Positions 30,101 through 38,830 of a stretch of 64,000 nt of DNA are shown here, piece after piece. The position numbers and the translations under genes were made by a program. The DNA comes from a virus. The stretch's first letter is position 1; each line of letters opens with the position of its first letter. The notes beneath the pieces are model-generated. The model worked only from the letters and a program-made list of their open reading frames with translations. It searched no databases and was not told the DNA's origin. Location of the stretch: IMG/VR virus record IMGVR_UViG_3300034112_000721, positions 1 to 64,000 of that record; one strand, given 5' to 3'.

Positions 30101-33100
30101 TAAAGCAGCTAGTTCTGCATCATATTTAGCATTGATTTTATCAGCATTTGGAATTAATGGAACAGATATTGTATCAAAGATGTTATCTCCATCTATAATC
30201 CATTCTTGAGCATCTTTTTCTTTATTACCTGTAAGCTCTCTTGCATTAAGAGATTCTGTTTTATTAACTATATATAAAGTAGGATTATTTTTTCCATATC
30301 TTAATGCATATGTAAGAGATGTTATAGGAGTAGCTGAAAAACTAAAGTTTCCTTTAGGAATTCTAACACCCATAGATTCTGCCACTCTACGCATGTCTAC
30401 ATTGGAATATTCACCAGTTTGAAAAAACTGTTTATCAAATTTATCAAACTTAGGACCCCCATGAAATAATACATTATCTGTCTTCCAACCCTTATCTTTT
30501 ATTGCTTTATCAATTTGATCTTTTAAAGCATTTTTATTATTATCAAAAGCTTTATTTAACTCCTCTTGTCTTCTTCTTTCTATATCAGCTTTCTTAGCTT
30601 CTATGTCTTCAGTTGTTGTAGTTGGTTCTAAAGAACTTTGTGCTGAATCATATTTAGAAGTAATTTCTTTACCAAGTTTTTCTACATTACTTCTTAATGT
30701 TTTCCTAGCATCAGCATTGTTTATTGCAGGAGTATATGACAACTTAGAATTAATATAATCCTCTACTTTATCTGCTAAAGTTGATAAAGGTTTTGAAGTT
30801 GCATTTGGATCTCCATCATTTGTAAATGCAGACGGATCTGTTCCATAAAAGTTATTTAATTCTTCAGATATTGACTTTACTATATCTGCTGTTTCTTTGC
30901 CCCAATATCTTTCATAATAAGTCTCCATATCAGACTTATCTGTTTTATTTAACCAGCCATCTTTTCCAATACCAAAAAATGGATACCAACCTGGAACTAA
31001 GCCTTTACCTGCTTGTCCTGTTGTTAAATAAAAAGGTACAATAGTTCCATTTATATTTACAAGAACTTTGGCTCTATCTGTAGATGTAACTACATTCCAA
31101 TAATTACCATCTATAGTGAAACCTTCTAATTTAAAGTTAGGATTTGAAAATATTATTTCTTCAATATTATTTAATCCTTTTCTACCTTTAGTACTAGTAA
31201 CAGGAGCTTCTGTAGTTTCACCTGTTAGTGCTTTAAGTTTTTCTGATAACTCATTATAAGTATCTTCTGTAAAACCAGGAAGATTTGCTTTCTTAAGTTC
31301 AGATATAAAATCATCAACAGAATTATTCTTTGCTAATGTATTATTATATATCTGAGCTATTTGATCTCTTTGTTTTTCTTGATACTTCTCACTTATTACC
31401 CTTTCAATTTCTTTATTGACTTTCTCAAGTTTGTTACCATTAACAGTATATTGATTTGTTGTTTCATCAAATGTAATATCACCTTGCTGATCAATTACTT
31501 TAGAAACCTCTTTAATTACTTTTGATCTCTTTGGAGATTCTTTAAAGTTTAATTTATAATTTAAATACTTATTGGCAAGAGCAAGATTAAATTCTAGTAT
31601 TGCAAGATTTTCTCTTTCTTGATCTGTAAGATCTGTTTTGTCTTTTAGTTTCTTAATATCCGTTTCTATTTTCTTTATGTTAGCTTTAATATCCTTTATG
31701 TCAAGATTTTTAAAGTCCTGATCCTTACCTCTTACTTGCATAACAGGCGGCTCTACCTCATCTAATTGTTGAGCAGTTAACTTCTCTTTCATTTTGTTAT
31801 TATACTGCTCAATAACTTTTTCTGCTCTTGGATTATTTTGAATAAAATTATCTAACTCAGATAATAGTTTTTCATCAGATACTTCACTTAATTCATCAGC
31901 AAGACCTTCTGTATCTTCTACATATTGATTAAATGCATTCTCAAGTTGCTTTCTCAATGCTTCATCCATTAACTCAAACTTTGTATTTTTTGTAAATGGA
32001 ATAAATGTAGAAGCTTGTGTTAGTTTCTCAGATTGAGCTCTTGCCGTTAATTCTTGAATTGCATTTATTTTTTTCTCAGTAAATTCAGAATTTATTTTAT
32101 CTATAGCAGCTTTATCTGCAACTAATTCTAATGTATATTTCTTTCCAACTTCAAAACCTTGCTTAACATTATTCTTATTGACTAGTTCACCTGTTGGACC
32201 ATTATATCTTAAACCTTCTTTTGATTTGTACAAAATAAGTTCTCTTACTCTTAATCCTGATTTATATTTTACCTCCGCGTATTGTCCAACATTCATCTGA
32301 AGATCTACATCATTAATTGTTGCTTTTGTCCCCTTTGGTATATTAATAGGTCCTTTTTCTACACGTTCTTCTGTTTTAGCTAAAGCATCTAATGCAGCTT
32401 TTCTTTCAGCTTCCAATCTTGCCAAAGTAAGATTTAAAGCAGTATTATCTGCAGATCTCCCCTTTGGATTTAACTTTCTTACAGCAGCAGCTCTTTCAAA
32501 GAATATAGCATAATTGTCATATTCTGGATGACCTTCTTTAATAACTACCTTTCTTGTGTCATCATAAAATTCAGTAGGTATAGTTGCTGTTCTTAAAAAT
32601 TCTGCAGCTTCATCTTCACTAATATATACATTTCTATCTGCTAATTCATTTAGCAATGCGTTAAGCTCTATATTATCAAGTTGTTGATTAACTATATTAG
32701 AGAAGTAGTCTCTTCTATTATTGTAAAGATTACTCATCCAAAGATAATTTCTTTGGACATGATCCATAAAATCTCTTGGATTATTTAATACGTTTACATA
32801 GTTTGCAAGAATAGAAGATTCTTTACCCAACTTGTAATTATCTAATATCATTTCAAAAGCAGCCTCAGCCTCTTCTGATAAATAAATATCTCCTGTAGAA
32901 TTTGCAATAGCTTTTAAATACTCTTTGTATGCATTTTCCAAATTAGCTTCAACTTCTAATCTATTTTCATTAGTTCTTTCACCAACTCTATTTGCTCTAT
33001 TTATTTCTTTTCTGAGTTGAACTTCTGCTTCATCTATAGAAATGTTATTTTCATCAGCTATATTTTGTAGCTCACCTGATTCTTTAAACTTTTCTATGAT

Positions 33101-35740
33101 TTCATTTACTTGATTATTTTCAAATTTATCATAGTTTTTATATGCCTCTGATAATGCCTCAAGTGCTTTTAACTTATTTTGTTTCTTTCTAAGTTCTTCT
33201 GGTGATAATACATTTTTTTGAGCTTCTATTTCTTCTTTTAAAATATTACGCTCATTAAACATTCTACTTGGTTCTAATAATAACTGAATCTCAGAGTCAG
33301 TCATTTTAGATAATGGTTTAGATGATTTAATTTTAGTACTAATATCCTTCATTCTCTTTACAGCATCTTGATAAGAAGACCCCATAAAGATTGCATTCAT
33401 TTTTGCTACTTCCCAAGCCTGACTAAATAACTGTGCCTGTTTATATGCATCTGTTCCTTTTTCATACTGTGAAATATCTATAGGATTAACATATTTATCA
33501 TTTATTTTATCATAGTTAGTTTTGATTTCATTCATTCTTTGAACTATACCATCTATTCTTGATTGATATTTTAATCCCTCTCCTTTGGGAATATTTTGAA
33601 CAGCATCTTCAAATTCCTCTGGCGTTAAGTCTCTAAATGATTCAATTCTTTCTTTAAACATATCAAGTGTTCCAGATCTCAATGCTGTTACAACTTGTGA
33701 TACTAAAGCAAAATCTTTAGCATCTAATACATTTTTTCTTCCACCCTCCTGAATAATCTTTGTAAGTATTTCTTGATTACCAAGATTAAATAATTTAGAA
33801 TCAAAAAATTCTCCTGGATTCTCATTATATAATTTAGTAAGTGTTTCCGCAATACTCTCACCAAATGCATTCTTTTTATTTTTATAATCTGCATAGTGTT
33901 CTGGTCTAAACATTCTGTTATAACCATTAGATGCCCAGTTTGGAAGATTATTAATTGGACTAGCAAAAGCACCCATTATAAATCCAGTAGCAAATGTTTC
34001 AAATCCTTGTTTTGTAAATGGATTTTGATTTGCCCATGCATCTTTAAAGTAAGATGCTTTACTTCTACTTGCATCTGCAATAGCACCTTTAGAATATAAA
34101 TGAGCTTTAACAGCATCTGAGTTAAAAGTATTTACATAATAATTACCTAGAGCTTCAGATATTGTTTCCTGAAAGTTTTCTTGTAAACCTTCTCCAATAT
34201 TTGCTTTAAAATATTTTCCTAAACCAACAACAGATTTTGCAGAAAGATTTTTAAAACCAGCTTTAAAACCATCCTCTCTAAGTCTTTTTATACTTCCCCT
34301 TATACCATTTTCTACATATGTAAACTCACCCTTTGCAAGTTTTTTACCTTCTTCTTTTATTGTTTTAAAAACTACCTTACCTCTTTCAAGATTTAAAATC
34401 TCTTTAGTTCTTGCACCCAAAATACTTGCTGTTCCCTTTCCACCTGCAATACTTGGAAATACAAGTTTGTTAGATAAATAAATAACTCCTGTATTCCAAC
34501 CTAAATTCTCTAGACCAGCTTTTTCAGATTGTACCATCATATCATACATCTGTTTGTTAGATGGAGCCTGCCCAGTATTTTTGTAATGCAAATTATATAA
34601 ATCATAGTAGACTTTATTTTGTTGCATACCACCTTCTAGTTTAGCTTCAGTAACAGCAGCATTTATAAATTTCATGTCTCTATAAAAGCCGCCAGCAGTC
34701 TTTGAAAGTTTTGCAAGAGATGTTAAATTACCAAAGGCTTGAGCCTTTCTAATATCATTCATTGCATCAAATGTATTACCCAATGGATTTATAAATTTTC
34801 CAATTGGTGTATTTACCGCTTTCCAAAAGTTTCTTGCTGTTTGACTTGATTCTAATGTTTTTACTGCCGTGCCAAAAGCTTTATCTAAGTTTCCAAATAG
34901 TTTTCCAACTTTAGCAATCTTTGCAACTGCAGAAGCATCAGCAGTAGCCTCAAGAGCACCTGCTGCAGGTATACCAGCTCCAGTAGCCACTAATCCAGCT
35001 TCTAGTGCTTTTGTTGCTGCTTGTTCAGCTATTGTTTCAATAATAATACCGGCTGATAATCCAAAAGAGTTAAGAGCATTGTTTATAAATCCAAATGCTC
35101 CTCCCTTAGTTGACATACCTATATTAGAATACTTTTCAAAGTCTTCTGCATTATTTAAATCAATAGAAGTAAAATCTCCCTGAAGCATATCAAGAGTTCC
35201 TTGTGCACCAGATTTTATTCCTAACCAAAGACCCGGTAACAATGAATGATTTACCATTCTTGTAAAATCATTCCACTTAGTGGTTCTTTCATTATATATT
35301 GCTTCATTATCTCTAAATGGTGAGAAGCCTACCTCATCCATTTTTTTAGACCCATATGCCGCATATCTTTTATAATAGTTATTACCATCTGGTCCTGCGT
35401 TATATCCAAATATTCTTGAATACTCATTTTTGTCCTGATTGGTTTGAAATATGGATCTCATATAAGAATCTGCAGCTTGAGCAGATTCTTCAAAAGACAC
35501 ATTCTTTTTTGGACCTGGTGGATTTGGAGGGTTACCTACAACATTATCTCTAATACTTCTTTGTGGATTTGTTAATGATCCATAATTAGGAATTACATTA
35601 GTTAACTTAACTTGATCTATATCTAATCTTTTAAACCCATAAGGATCTAAGTTAAGTGGATTAGTAACATCCATATTAAACTTACCAATAGATGGACCTA
35701 GTGGTGCAAGAGGGTCAAAGTTTGTATTATCTTGAGCCAT
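27128..35740 (-). CDS. Giant internal/ejected polyvalent protein (2870 aa)
   Basis: N-terminal Gly/Ala-rich amphipathic region with a GEGLQENFQE motif, long coiled coils, an ADP-ribosyltransferase-like insert (FHGG...F...FSFS) and a degenerate PD-(D/E)XK domain. Confidence 0.7.
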   Translation of the reverse strand: MAQDNTNFDPLAPLGPSIGKFNMDVTNPLNLDPYGFKRLDIDQVKLTNVIPNYGSLTNPQRSIRDNVVGNPPNPPGPKKNVSFEESAQAADSYMRSIFQTNQDKNEYSRIFGYNAGPDGNNYYKRYAAYGSKKMDEVGFSPFRDNEAIYNERTTKWNDFTRMVNHSLLPGLWLGIKSGAQGTLDMLQGDFTSIDLNNAEDFEKYSNIGMSTKGGAFGFINNALNSFGLSAGIIIETIAEQAATKALEAGLVATGAGIPAAGALEATADASAVAKIAKVGKLFGNLDKAFGTAVKTLESSQTARNFWKAVNTPIGKFINPLGNTFDAMNDIRKAQAFGNLTSLAKLSKTAGGFYRDMKFINAAVTEAKLEGGMQQNKVYYDLYNLHYKNTGQAPSNKQMYDMMVQSEKAGLENLGWNTGVIYLSNKLVFPSIAGGKGTASILGARTKEILNLERGKVVFKTIKEEGKKLAKGEFTYVENGIRGSIKRLREDGFKAGFKNLSAKSVVGLGKYFKANIGEGLQENFQETISEALGNYYVNTFNSDAVKAHLYSKGAIADASRSKASYFKDAWANQNPFTKQGFETFATGFIMGAFASPINNLPNWASNGYNRMFRPEHYADYKNKKNAFGESIAETLTKLYNENPGEFFDSKLFNLGNQEILTKIIQEGGRKNVLDAKDFALVSQVVTALRSGTLDMFKERIESFRDLTPEEFEDAVQNIPKGEGLKYQSRIDGIVQRMNEIKTNYDKINDKYVNPIDISQYEKGTDAYKQAQLFSQAWEVAKMNAIFMGSSYQDAVKRMKDISTKIKSSKPLSKMTDSEIQLLLEPSRMFNERNILKEEIEAQKNVLSPEELRKKQNKLKALEALSEAYKNYDKFENNQVNEIIEKFKESGELQNIADENNISIDEAEVQLRKEINRANRVGERTNENRLEVEANLENAYKEYLKAIANSTGDIYLSEEAEAAFEMILDNYKLGKESSILANYVNVLNNPRDFMDHVQRNYLWMSNLYNNRRDYFSNIVNQQLDNIELNALLNELADRNVYISEDEAAEFLRTATIPTEFYDDTRKVVIKEGHPEYDNYAIFFERAAAVRKLNPKGRSADNTALNLTLARLEAERKAALDALAKTEERVEKGPINIPKGTKATINDVDLQMNVGQYAEVKYKSGLRVRELILYKSKEGLRYNGPTGELVNKNNVKQGFEVGKKYTLELVADKAAIDKINSEFTEKKINAIQELTARAQSEKLTQASTFIPFTKNTKFELMDEALRKQLENAFNQYVEDTEGLADELSEVSDEKLLSELDNFIQNNPRAEKVIEQYNNKMKEKLTAQQLDEVEPPVMQVRGKDQDFKNLDIKDIKANIKKIETDIKKLKDKTDLTDQERENLAILEFNLALANKYLNYKLNFKESPKRSKVIKEVSKVIDQQGDITFDETTNQYTVNGNKLEKVNKEIERVISEKYQEKQRDQIAQIYNNTLAKNNSVDDFISELKKANLPGFTEDTYNELSEKLKALTGETTEAPVTSTKGRKGLNNIEEIIFSNPNFKLEGFTIDGNYWNVVTSTDRAKVLVNINGTIVPFYLTTGQAGKGLVPGWYPFFGIGKDGWLNKTDKSDMETYYERYWGKETADIVKSISEELNNFYGTDPSAFTNDGDPNATSKPLSTLADKVEDYINSKLSYTPAINNADARKTLRSNVEKLGKEITSKYDSAQSSLEPTTTTEDIEAKKADIERRRQEELNKAFDNNKNALKDQIDKAIKDKGWKTDNVLFHGGPKFDKFDKQFFQTGEYSNVDMRRVAESMGVRIPKGNFSFSATPITSLTYALRYGKNNPTLYIVNKTESLNARELTGNKEKDAQEWIIDGDNIFDTISVPLIPNADKINAKYDAELAALEGKPTSQVSTEGPKTGFRTFNVPISKKEDIADVVAGPLVPASEIFWDKNIQTTGSWIESIQGKAGGQDYIEIAYDSLSEENKKIANELKESDTNFGGVKGVRIVLGSNLTAEQAQRKSIEIANKFKQQDLLWYKPQTLEDKLSTLESSKKSYSKDALKAIDQEIQRTKDTWGKELQLGQYFDTATKTIWDSKELYDKSKGAVSAEEKVQRRISLNDVLSLVNERVFEQKAETETYVTDQIKNFLADKEVKNDPTLLSQQAFDSLFGSKSILAELKEKANLGDIVIIPAKLTVFDIPAGVAGEINFLLVDREGNTTIVLVKMGDVNKWEEYDDETSDVSKKESYGLELVAAKNMLYNMTGINPKTVLLPLQISTDSATGRIETIESASPILVPGKIVAPVDPNQTTVDGETLQIKINDIIPMRTASGEPVIEEVVDEEQATIEQEVEDIAAQQRRLAKENKIAILDKIQTLRSRQQKLDTDLKKINDILNYLDTIGNASIELTADELTDIINSITALDQVTGQYLKSKFRKGRGKTSIKNQDVRDQFRREFVVIAGVVGRLEDLRKEKEILTAQVKDLNDQIDYYQNILDTEDLALFSRSDIKIKIAEIKKKINSLNRSIKTINDTILRTKKLLKEYIDGIKKLDSQVGQQLQLIPDANYKPLSKEEVERLEEAVDNLENATLEDFNSIVKQFKNLRSRLSATMDVAELTPKVKELEIERINSLQESLKSYNKEVRYLNDILNEVSKESIANKLSDKNSNGPKPTNTKNTSSTNKNKLDETIDKSKGDVVSEISLGEILSLAERPVKESVISEKGADIISRINKSTVDEIKEMLKDVSDLTAYEVKVINDAAKSRIKSLTEEFKSEIKDQMNDIQETQYVTIQPIDDIPAGSLITITSMEGDNITFEVANSNEKKSVKFDNLNGKIMTQEEAKSKSAVEKIEITPEAKSKIIESITAADSLTNADIDNIIDAVKDKDLDTLEEELYNKKIC

Positions 35741-38700
35741 ACTGCATTGTTTGTTCGTTCATTTTTTTTATTGCTGGCCAACCTTGTTGCAAGGCTTGAA
35801 ATCTTATATTAGTCAAATTATTTCCAGCTGTAATAGTATTATCATTAGTTGTTGCAATTCTAAAGTCTCCAATTGTAGGATCCCAAACAGGATACTTTGT
35901 TGTTATACTATAATCTCCCATACCTAAAGGATTTTTTTGAATCTCAAATTGATATCTACCATCCAATGGATCAGTATAAGTGTATGTTTGATTAGGACTA
36001 TTATCTACTCTTAATGCTAAAGGATCTTTAAAATTTTCTTGATATAAAGGATTTTGTAAATAATCACTATTTGCAATTATACTTATTCCATTTTTTAAAG
36101 CATCTTCATATTCAGTTTTATTTAATAGATTATTATTATCATCAGCATTTGTTGATTTGAATTTTTTCAAAAACTCTGCAGATGGTTTTATAATAATTGC
36201 ACCAAGATTTGCATTACCACCAGCAACTACAGCAGACGATAATTTAAACATATCTGTTTTACTAGATGGTCTTGACATTTCCCTTTGTATCTCATTTATT
36301 ATAGCTTTATATTTGCTTCCACCAACTGCATTCTCATAATCAGCTTCACTACGGCCTGTAACAGATATTCTAGCCTGTCCCATAAAATCTGAAAAATCCA
36401 ATTTATTTACATCACTCATTACACCATTCCAATAATATCTTCCTTTACTACTGTAAGGGTTTACCATGATTGATCTAATACCCATTGCTGCCATACCAGT
36501 ACCTGGGTCAGTGGTTTTTTCATAACCAACCGGAGGAGTTTTTATTAATCTTGAATCACTCCAAACCTCTTTGTCTGCAGTAGATACAAGATTCTCATAT
36601 AACGCTTTTAAATTTTCTTCTGCACTTGGTCCTTCAAGGAATGAATTAATTATTCCTGCAACTCCACCAGTAAATGCACCAAATACAGCACCAGGAGCGG
36701 CACCTACTCCAAAAAAAGCAGATCCAGCTGCTGCTCCTCCCGCAGCTCCTGCTGCTGCCCATGTTCCTGTACTAAGTGCTGCATCACCAAGAGCCTCCAA
36801 AAAACTTCTTTGGTCTCCAATTTCTATACCGGTTCTTTTAACATTTGCTGCAAAAGTTTCTGCAGACACTTGGTTACCATTATCATCATATAATAATTGA
36901 GTAATGGCTTTATCTGCAATACCTCTTCTTGCAAGTTCTGTTTCAGTTACATTTGCATAATCTTTTTTCCATTTAGTATTAGCTTTTACATAATCAATAT
37001 AATCTGTAAATTCTAAATTACTTTCTTGTAAAGCTGTCATGTTATTTTTAATAACAGAAAGATTACCATTGTTTTTTAAGAATGTATTAAAATTGGAATT
37101 AATCTTTTCTAAACCATCTGCTCCTGTTAAACTTGCAAAACCAGCTAGATTACCTTTATGTTTTTTAAGAAAATCTGAAAGAGATTCAACTGGTGCATTT
37201 GGTGTACTGAGTATTTGACCAGCTTGTTTCTCTGTCATCTGACCACTCTTTATTAATTGCTGAAGTGTATTTGTAACATTATTTATATATGGAGTAAAAT
37301 ACTGGTTAGCTTTATTTCTAAACATTTTATTAGAAAGCTCATATTGATTTGTTTCATCAGTAGAAACCTCTGAATCACTTTCTAAAAATGTAAAATCTTG
37401 ATCTTCAAATGGTACATACTCACCCTTTTCATTAAACATTCCTCTACCAAGTTTAACATTCTCTTTATCCACCATCATCTTCCTCTCAGCAGCTACTTTA
37501 ATACTTAGTATTTCTAAATCATTTTTATGTCTTTCAGCAATCTCACTTAAATTATACTGATGTTTATCAGCCATAATTGCATATGGATTTGCATCCATAT
37601 CCACTTTAGAATTTCTATAAGCGTATATATGTGCTGCTTGGTTTAAATCTCTAGCAAGTAATGAAGCAGAAACACCATTATCAACCATATATCTTAGTGT
37701 CTCAATATCCTCATATGGATTTTTAAAACCAGTTGAAGTAGTTGCAGTACTTGACTGACCACTATTCATTTTATCTAACTGCTTCTTTGATTGAGATAAT
37801 ACCTCATCATTAATAGATTTGTTTTCTATATAAGCATCTAATTGTTGCTGAAGCTGTGGATCTTTATTACCATTATCAATTTGCTTTTGAAGATCTTTGA
37901 TCTTATTATCATATGCTACAGAAGATTCATTTAACTGCTTATATCTTGACTCACTTGATCTCTTAAGAGTATTAAAGTTTTTCTCAAGATAATCCATCTC
38001 TGCAGCATTCCTATCTCCATTAAATTCACCCGCCCTGCTATATGCATAATCTTTTCTATTTACATATGCTTGCGTGCTATATATAGCTTGTACCTGTGGA
38101 TCATTACCCAGATTTGCTTCAAATAAATGTTGTAATGGTTCTTCAAGAATTTGACCATTGGTTCTTTTAATAACCCATCTTCCATCCTGACTCATCTCAA
38201 CACTTTCTATATTTCCAAATTCCTTTGCAAGTTCAAGTGCTTTATCTTGAACATTTACATAAGGTGTATATAGTACATTTTGAAAATTAAGTGCTTTTTC
38301 TGCACTAGCATCTTTAAATTCTCCCCTTCTATATTCAAGTTCTTTTAAACCGGTATCCCAAAACATTGCTCTATCTTTTTCATTTGCAGAGCCCTGGAAA
38401 CCTTGTGCTTTAAGAACTTGCATATTAAAGTTCTTAGTCCAAGCCATATCTTTCATTAAACCTTTATCTTCATAGAATGGCTTAAATACTTGTGTTGCTT
38501 GACTTACATTCTGCTGTAATGAAAGATCTAATCCCGCTAATCTACCTACATTAAAGTTAATTTGATCTACTAAATAATCTTTCTTCTGAATATTATCATC
38601 TCTTGTAAGATCTGCATAAAAATATTGACCATATACTCTATTTAGTGATTTCCAGTTACTATCATACTGATTCTGTTTATTTTGTATTAGATTAGAATAC

Positions 38701-38765
38701 AGATTAAGATCAGGTTGATAGGGCTGAAGTTGTGGTATAAAAGTGGCTGATGTAAAAGTTGCCAT
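35727..38765 (-). CDS. Internal virion (ejection) protein with glycine-zipper membrane segment (1012 aa)
   Basis: N-terminal PQLQPYQPD. Hydrophobic WAAAGAAGGAAAGSAFFGVGAAPGAVFGAFTGGVAGII. Position in the cargo cluster. Confidence 0.65.
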   Translation of the reverse strand: MATFTSATFIPQLQPYQPDLNLYSNLIQNKQNQYDSNWKSLNRVYGQYFYADLTRDDNIQKKDYLVDQINFNVGRLAGLDLSLQQNVSQATQVFKPFYEDKGLMKDMAWTKNFNMQVLKAQGFQGSANEKDRAMFWDTGLKELEYRRGEFKDASAEKALNFQNVLYTPYVNVQDKALELAKEFGNIESVEMSQDGRWVIKRTNGQILEEPLQHLFEANLGNDPQVQAIYSTQAYVNRKDYAYSRAGEFNGDRNAAEMDYLEKNFNTLKRSSESRYKQLNESSVAYDNKIKDLQKQIDNGNKDPQLQQQLDAYIENKSINDEVLSQSKKQLDKMNSGQSSTATTSTGFKNPYEDIETLRYMVDNGVSASLLARDLNQAAHIYAYRNSKVDMDANPYAIMADKHQYNLSEIAERHKNDLEILSIKVAAERKMMVDKENVKLGRGMFNEKGEYVPFEDQDFTFLESDSEVSTDETNQYELSNKMFRNKANQYFTPYINNVTNTLQQLIKSGQMTEKQAGQILSTPNAPVESLSDFLKKHKGNLAGFASLTGADGLEKINSNFNTFLKNNGNLSVIKNNMTALQESNLEFTDYIDYVKANTKWKKDYANVTETELARRGIADKAITQLLYDDNGNQVSAETFAANVKRTGIEIGDQRSFLEALGDAALSTGTWAAAGAAGGAAAGSAFFGVGAAPGAVFGAFTGGVAGIINSFLEGPSAEENLKALYENLVSTADKEVWSDSRLIKTPPVGYEKTTDPGTGMAAMGIRSIMVNPYSSKGRYYWNGVMSDVNKLDFSDFMGQARISVTGRSEADYENAVGGSKYKAIINEIQREMSRPSSKTDMFKLSSAVVAGGNANLGAIIIKPSAEFLKKFKSTNADDNNNLLNKTEYEDALKNGISIIANSDYLQNPLYQENFKDPLALRVDNSPNQTYTYTDPLDGRYQFEIQKNPLGMGDYSITTKYPVWDPTIGDFRIATTNDNTITAGNNLTNIRFQALQQGWPAIKKMNEQTMQYGSR

Positions 38766-38787
38766 AGTTTTTTCTTTCTATAGTATA

Positions 38788-38830
38788 AATATATTAAAAT
38801 ATTTTAAGTTTAATAAACCTTAAAAGTTTA
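38788..38830 (-). promoter_or_regulatory. Putative phage late promoter plus palindromic operator (copy 1)
   Basis: AATATATTAAAATAT at 38788 and TAAACCT-TAA-AAGTTTA at 38814, with the same spacing as the copy at 45679. Confidence 0.6.

Noticed and set aside
11324-35740. Inteins, introns or programmed read-through fusing the giant genes
   Set aside because: No intein C...HN motifs or homing endonuclease, and no slippery site recognised. Adjacent genes are in different frames with their own ATGs.
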